The notes under the pieces: generated by a model
What the model was told of the DNA's origin: nothing
The model's input: only the letters and a program-made list of their open reading frames with translations
The model's database searches: none
Program-made: the position numbers and the translations under genes
Source of the DNA: an uncultured Dehalococcoidaceae bacterium
GTDB lineage: Bacteria; Chloroflexota; Dehalococcoidia; UBA2979
Direction: 5' to 3'
Length of the DNA: 64,000 nt
Assembly: GCA_964479165.1 (NCBI GenBank)
Contig: CAYZJO010000001.1
Span: forward strand, 829,218-893,217
Part shown: positions 61,210 through 64,000 of the stretch, one piece after another
How positions within the stretch are numbered: the stretch's first letter is position 1
Layout of the letters: each line of letters starts with the position of its first letter

Positions 61210-62769
61210 CTATGGGCGCGCGACCTGCTGCTCTGTCCGGGGCCCCGCCGCGGCTGTCACGATGTCCATGACGTCCTCCACGGGGTCGAGCTCGTAGTCG
61301 TAAATCTCGTCCGCAGTGAACGCTCGTGACGGGTTCGACTCGCTGATACCCGCGCCGTTCAGCAGCAGGGGGTTCGTCACGCGGAGGAAGTTCCCGTCAT
61401 CGAAGAGTCGGGCGCCGTCGCCGAAGTTGTTCGGTGGTGCGAAGGACGCATCGAAGACATCGTTCTCGGAGACCACATTCGCGGCCTCCTGGCTGTTTTC
61501 CTGCCGAGCCTGGATGCCCCACAGCCGCCACTGGATGACGTTGTTGAACGTGTGCACCGTTGCGCCGGTCACCAGCGGGTGGCGTTGACGGGTGCCGGCG
61601 TACCAGTTGTGGTGCAATGTCACCTGGATGAGGTGATTGGTCTCGTTGCCGCGATCATCGCCGATCAGGATGACCAGCTCGTTCGTGTTCTGCGGGCCAC
61701 CCCGCTCGAAGCGCGTCCAGGAGATCGTGCCGACCGCTCCATGGCGGCGGGCATACGAGATGTCGATGTACTCGTCGGTCGCATCGGCCATCGCGAGGTG
61801 GTGGAACCAGAATCCGGTCGCCCCATCCGACACGCGGAGGAGGTCCGTCTGCCTTCCGCCGCTGTGCGCCATCCGAATGTCGTTGATGATGACGTTGGAA
61901 TGGCGAACACCCTCGATCCTCAACCCGGCCCCGGTGATGTTGACGAGGCGGCCGCGCCCGTCGATCGTCGTGTTACCTGCGACATCGACGTTGGCCTCGA
62001 GGTCGATGTCGACATCATGGTCGAAGACGATCCAGTAGCCGCCGGCCTCGGCGGCTTCGCGCAACGAGCCGTCACCATCGTCGTTGTCGTTTTCGACGAC
62101 GTAGAGGCAGCCGTCCGCTCCGCCGGTGACGTGGGCGCCGAAACCGACACGCTCGTCCAGCAGGCCGAGCAACGTGTCGGGGACTGGCTCACTCCAGTCC
62201 GGGCAGACTCCCACCCCCTGCAACTCGATGGTGGCCGGGCTGGCTTCTCCGCTGTGTTCGATCGTCAGCGTCAGGTCGTGTTCGCCTAGCGTGGTCGGGC
62301 GAAACGTCAGGCGGAGGTCGCATTCCTCGCCCCGTTCGACCACTTCCTCGCAGCTGGAGCGCACCTCGAACGCGTTCTCGTCCCGCGATGACTCGACCTC
62401 GAAACCCAGGAACTCGATGTCGCTGTCGAGGGCCTCGAGCTGGACTTCGATGACCTCCCGGCAGAAGCCGAGGCACTGCTCCCCGAAGTCGTGGTCCTCG
62501 AGGTCGAGGGAGAGCTGTCCTCTCGTCGCTTCGGGCGGAGTGGTGGGGGTGCGGGTGGCGCGTGAGGGAACGCTCGTGATCTCAACGCCCTCGCCGGGCC
62601 GCTCATCGTCCCCTCCCTGGCACGAGACAAGCGCAAACGCGAGAACGAGGAATAACGCAGCACCGATGAACCGACGCGGAGACAAATCGGCCTCCGAAAA
62701 GCGCTGATCGCGTGACCGCAGGGCCAAGGACCTCAAGTGGCCGAATCGTAGCACCCGAAACCGGCGCAC
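61210..62769 (-). CDS. PL1-family pectate-lyase-like polysaccharide lyase, probable lipoprotein
   Basis: Lipobox LVSC after a hydrophobic segment. Parallel beta-helix blocks (WIVFDHD, NTTIDGRG, HSNVIINDIRM, WFHHLAMADATDEYIDIS, HHNWY...RQRHP). Confidence 0.8.
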   Translation of the reverse strand: MRRFRVLRFGHLRSLALRSRDQRFSEADLSPRRFIGAALFLVLAFALVSCQGGDDERPGEGVEITSVPSRATRTPTTPPEATRGQLSLDLEDHDFGEQCLGFCREVIEVQLEALDSDIEFLGFEVESSRDENAFEVRSSCEEVVERGEECDLRLTFRPTTLGEHDLTLTIEHSGEASPATIELQGVGVCPDWSEPVPDTLLGLLDERVGFGAHVTGGADGCLYVVENDNDDGDGSLREAAEAGGYWIVFDHDVDIDLEANVDVAGNTTIDGRGRLVNITGAGLRIEGVRHSNVIINDIRMAHSGGRQTDLLRVSDGATGFWFHHLAMADATDEYIDISYARRHGAVGTISWTRFERGGPQNTNELVILIGDDRGNETNHLIQVTLHHNWYAGTRQRHPLVTGATVHTFNNVIQWRLWGIQARQENSQEAANVVSENDVFDASFAPPNNFGDGARLFDDGNFLRVTNPLLLNGAGISESNPSRAFTADEIYDYELDPVEDVMDIVTAAAGPRTEQQVARP

Positions 62770-62789
62770 TTGCTATCGAAGTGTAAGAA

Positions 62790-62820
62790 GGGAGGCCGAG
62801 ACGGTGAGTCTCGGCCTCCC
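62790..62820 (-). terminator. rho-independent terminator between the two pectate lyase genes
   Basis: GGGAGGCCGAGAC-ggtga-GTCTCGGCCTCCC is a perfect 13-bp stem, followed on the minus strand by a U-rich TTCTTACACTT tract. Confidence 0.65.
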
Positions 62821-62849
62821 TGCTGGGGGAGTGGGGTGAGGTGCGAGCG

Positions 62850-64000
62850 CTAGCGGGTGGCGCCGGCGCTCGCGGTGACGGATGCGATCACCGAGGAAGC
62901 GGGATCGAGGGAGTAGGAGTAGCGGGAGGCTGGGTCGAAGGCCTGATCCGGGTTCGAGGTCTGGATGTCGGCGTTGTTGAGCAGGATGGGGTTGGTGACG
63001 CGGACGAAGTTGCCGGAGTCCTCGACCTTGACGGCGTCGTCCTTGTTGTTGGTGGGTGCGTAGGCGGCATCGAAGACGTCGTTTTCGGAGACGACGTTGG
63101 CGCCCTGGACGCTGTCGAGCTTGCGGACGTGGATGCCCCAGAGGCGCCACTGGACGTAGTTGTTGTAGGAGTGGGCGACGGCGCCGGTGATGAGGGGGTG
63201 TCGCTGCCTGGTCTTGTTGTACCAGTTGTGGTGGAGGGTGACGTGGATCAGGTGGTTGGTGGCTGCGCCGGTCTGGTCGCCCATGATGATGGCGTACTCG
63301 TTGGTGTTGGTGGTGCCGGGGTCGAAGCGAGACCAGGAGATGGTGCCGTAGAGTCCGGCCGAGCCCGACTTGGTGATGTCGATGTACTCGTCAGTGGAGT
63401 TGGAGAGGGTGAGGTGGTGGAACCAGAAGTGGGAGGCGCCTGAGCGGACCATGATGAGGTCGCCGCCCGAGCGGGAGTCGCGGACGGTGAGGTTGTGGAG
63501 GATGAGGTTGCGCTTGCTGCTGCCGTAGAGCTGGAGGGTCCCGCCGGAGATGGTGACGTTGCGACCGCGGCCATCGATGGTGGTGTTGGATGCGATGTCG
63601 ATGGTGGAGTTGAGGCGGACGTGGAAGTCGTCGGCGAAGACGATCCAGCGGTTGCCCTTGGTCGCGCCGTCGCGGAGTGAGCCGGGCCCTGAGTCGTTGT
63701 CATTGGTGACGACGTAGAGGCATCCCTCGGCGCCGCCGGTGACGTCGCGGCCGAAGCCTTCCCGCTCAGCGAGGATGGAGAGGTTCACGGCTGGGATCGA
63801 CGGGCAGCCGGGGTTCGGAGCCGGGGTCGGAGTCGCCGTCGGAGTCGCCGTCGGGGTGGCCGTCGGGGTGGCCGTGGGAGTGACCGTGGGAGTGGCCGTG
63901 GGAGTGGCGGTCGGGCTCGGTGCCGGGGGCGAGATGCTTGCGCCCGGGTTCGAGGGGATCGACGGCACACTGATACCGCTGCCGGAAGTGGTCACGATCA
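62850..64000 (-). CDS. PL1-family pectate-lyase-like polysaccharide lyase with an N-terminal (PTAT)n linker; the 5' end probably lies beyond the window
   Basis: Same beta-helix blocks as its neighbour (WIVFADD, NTTIDGRG, WFHHLTLSNSTDEYIDIT, HHNWY...RQRHP), preceded by PTATPTATPTVTPTATPTATPTATPTATPTPAP. Confidence 0.8.
   Translation of the reverse strand, partial: IVTTSGSGISVPSIPSNPGASISPPAPSPTATPTATPTVTPTATPTATPTATPTATPTPAPNPGCPSIPAVNLSILAEREGFGRDVTGGAEGCLYVVTNDNDSGPGSLRDGATKGNRWIVFADDFHVRLNSTIDIASNTTIDGRGRNVTISGGTLQLYGSSKRNLILHNLTVRDSRSGGDLIMVRSGASHFWFHHLTLSNSTDEYIDITKSGSAGLYGTISWSRFDPGTTNTNEYAIIMGDQTGAATNHLIHVTLHHNWYNKTRQRHPLITGAVAHSYNNYVQWRLWGIHVRKLDSVQGANVVSENDVFDAAYAPTNNKDDAVKVEDSGNFVRVTNPILLNNADIQTSNPDQAFDPASRYSYSLDPASSVIASVTASAGATR
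63826..63921. repeat. 12-nt tandem repeat array of about 8 units (GTCGGAGTCGCC and variants), encoding the (PTAT)n linker
   Basis: Directly visible head-to-tail repeats. Confidence 0.7.

Noticed and set aside
63826-63921. Possible CRISPR-like array
   Set aside because: The units are 12 nt, contiguous with no spacers, and lie inside a coding frame as a PT linker. This is not CRISPR.

Overview
This is a high-GC (about 70%) bacterial chromosomal segment of actinobacterial type; by my count, more than ten adjacent gene pairs have 1-8 nt ATGA/GTGA-type start/stop overlaps. Most of the window is ordinary carbon-storage and central metabolism plus a large cell-surface polysaccharide locus.

Left to right, the window holds:
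- An Lhr-like helicase (5' part) and a GT-C-like membrane protein.
- A divergent HTH regulator and YrbG-type Ca2+/Na+ antiporter, then a USP-like protein and an acyl-CoA dehydrogenase with a clean terminator.
- A roughly 2.7 kb island of visibly lower GC (6.8-9.5 kb) carrying three ORFan genes, all apparently extracytoplasmic: a membrane-anchored acidic protein, a small secreted W/T/G/H-rich protein, and a 271-aa hypothetical. This is the best candidate in the window for something undescribed.
- An MpaB-like oxygenase coupled to an alpha/beta hydrolase, a second hydrolase, a YibE/F membrane protein and an LLM flavin oxidoreductase.
- A glgC-otsB-otsA operon, with a divergent ROK glucokinase plus DAGK-type lipid kinase.
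- An oxidative pentose-phosphate operon tal-pgi-gnd-zwf-pgl with no opcA.
- The first polysaccharide block: FkbM methyltransferase, Wzy-like and Wzx-like proteins.
- A spacer of methyltransferases, a RibD-C reductase, an aldo/keto reductase and a beta-carbonic anhydrase.
- The full GlgE alpha-glucan pathway glgX-glgE-treS::pep2 (fusion)-glgB.
- A second, larger Wzx/Wzy-type polysaccharide block: SDR epimerases, rmlC, a Wzc-like tyrosine kinase, rmlA, a small PGT, asnB, five GT4 glycosyltransferases, a truncated nucleotide-sugar dehydrogenase, a PaaK/CapK-like ligase and a conserved hypothetical. It ends in two tandem lipoprotein PL1 pectate-lyase paralogs, one carrying a (PTAT)n linker encoded by a 12-nt tandem repeat.

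No rRNA, tRNA, CRISPR, transposase or integrase was recognised.
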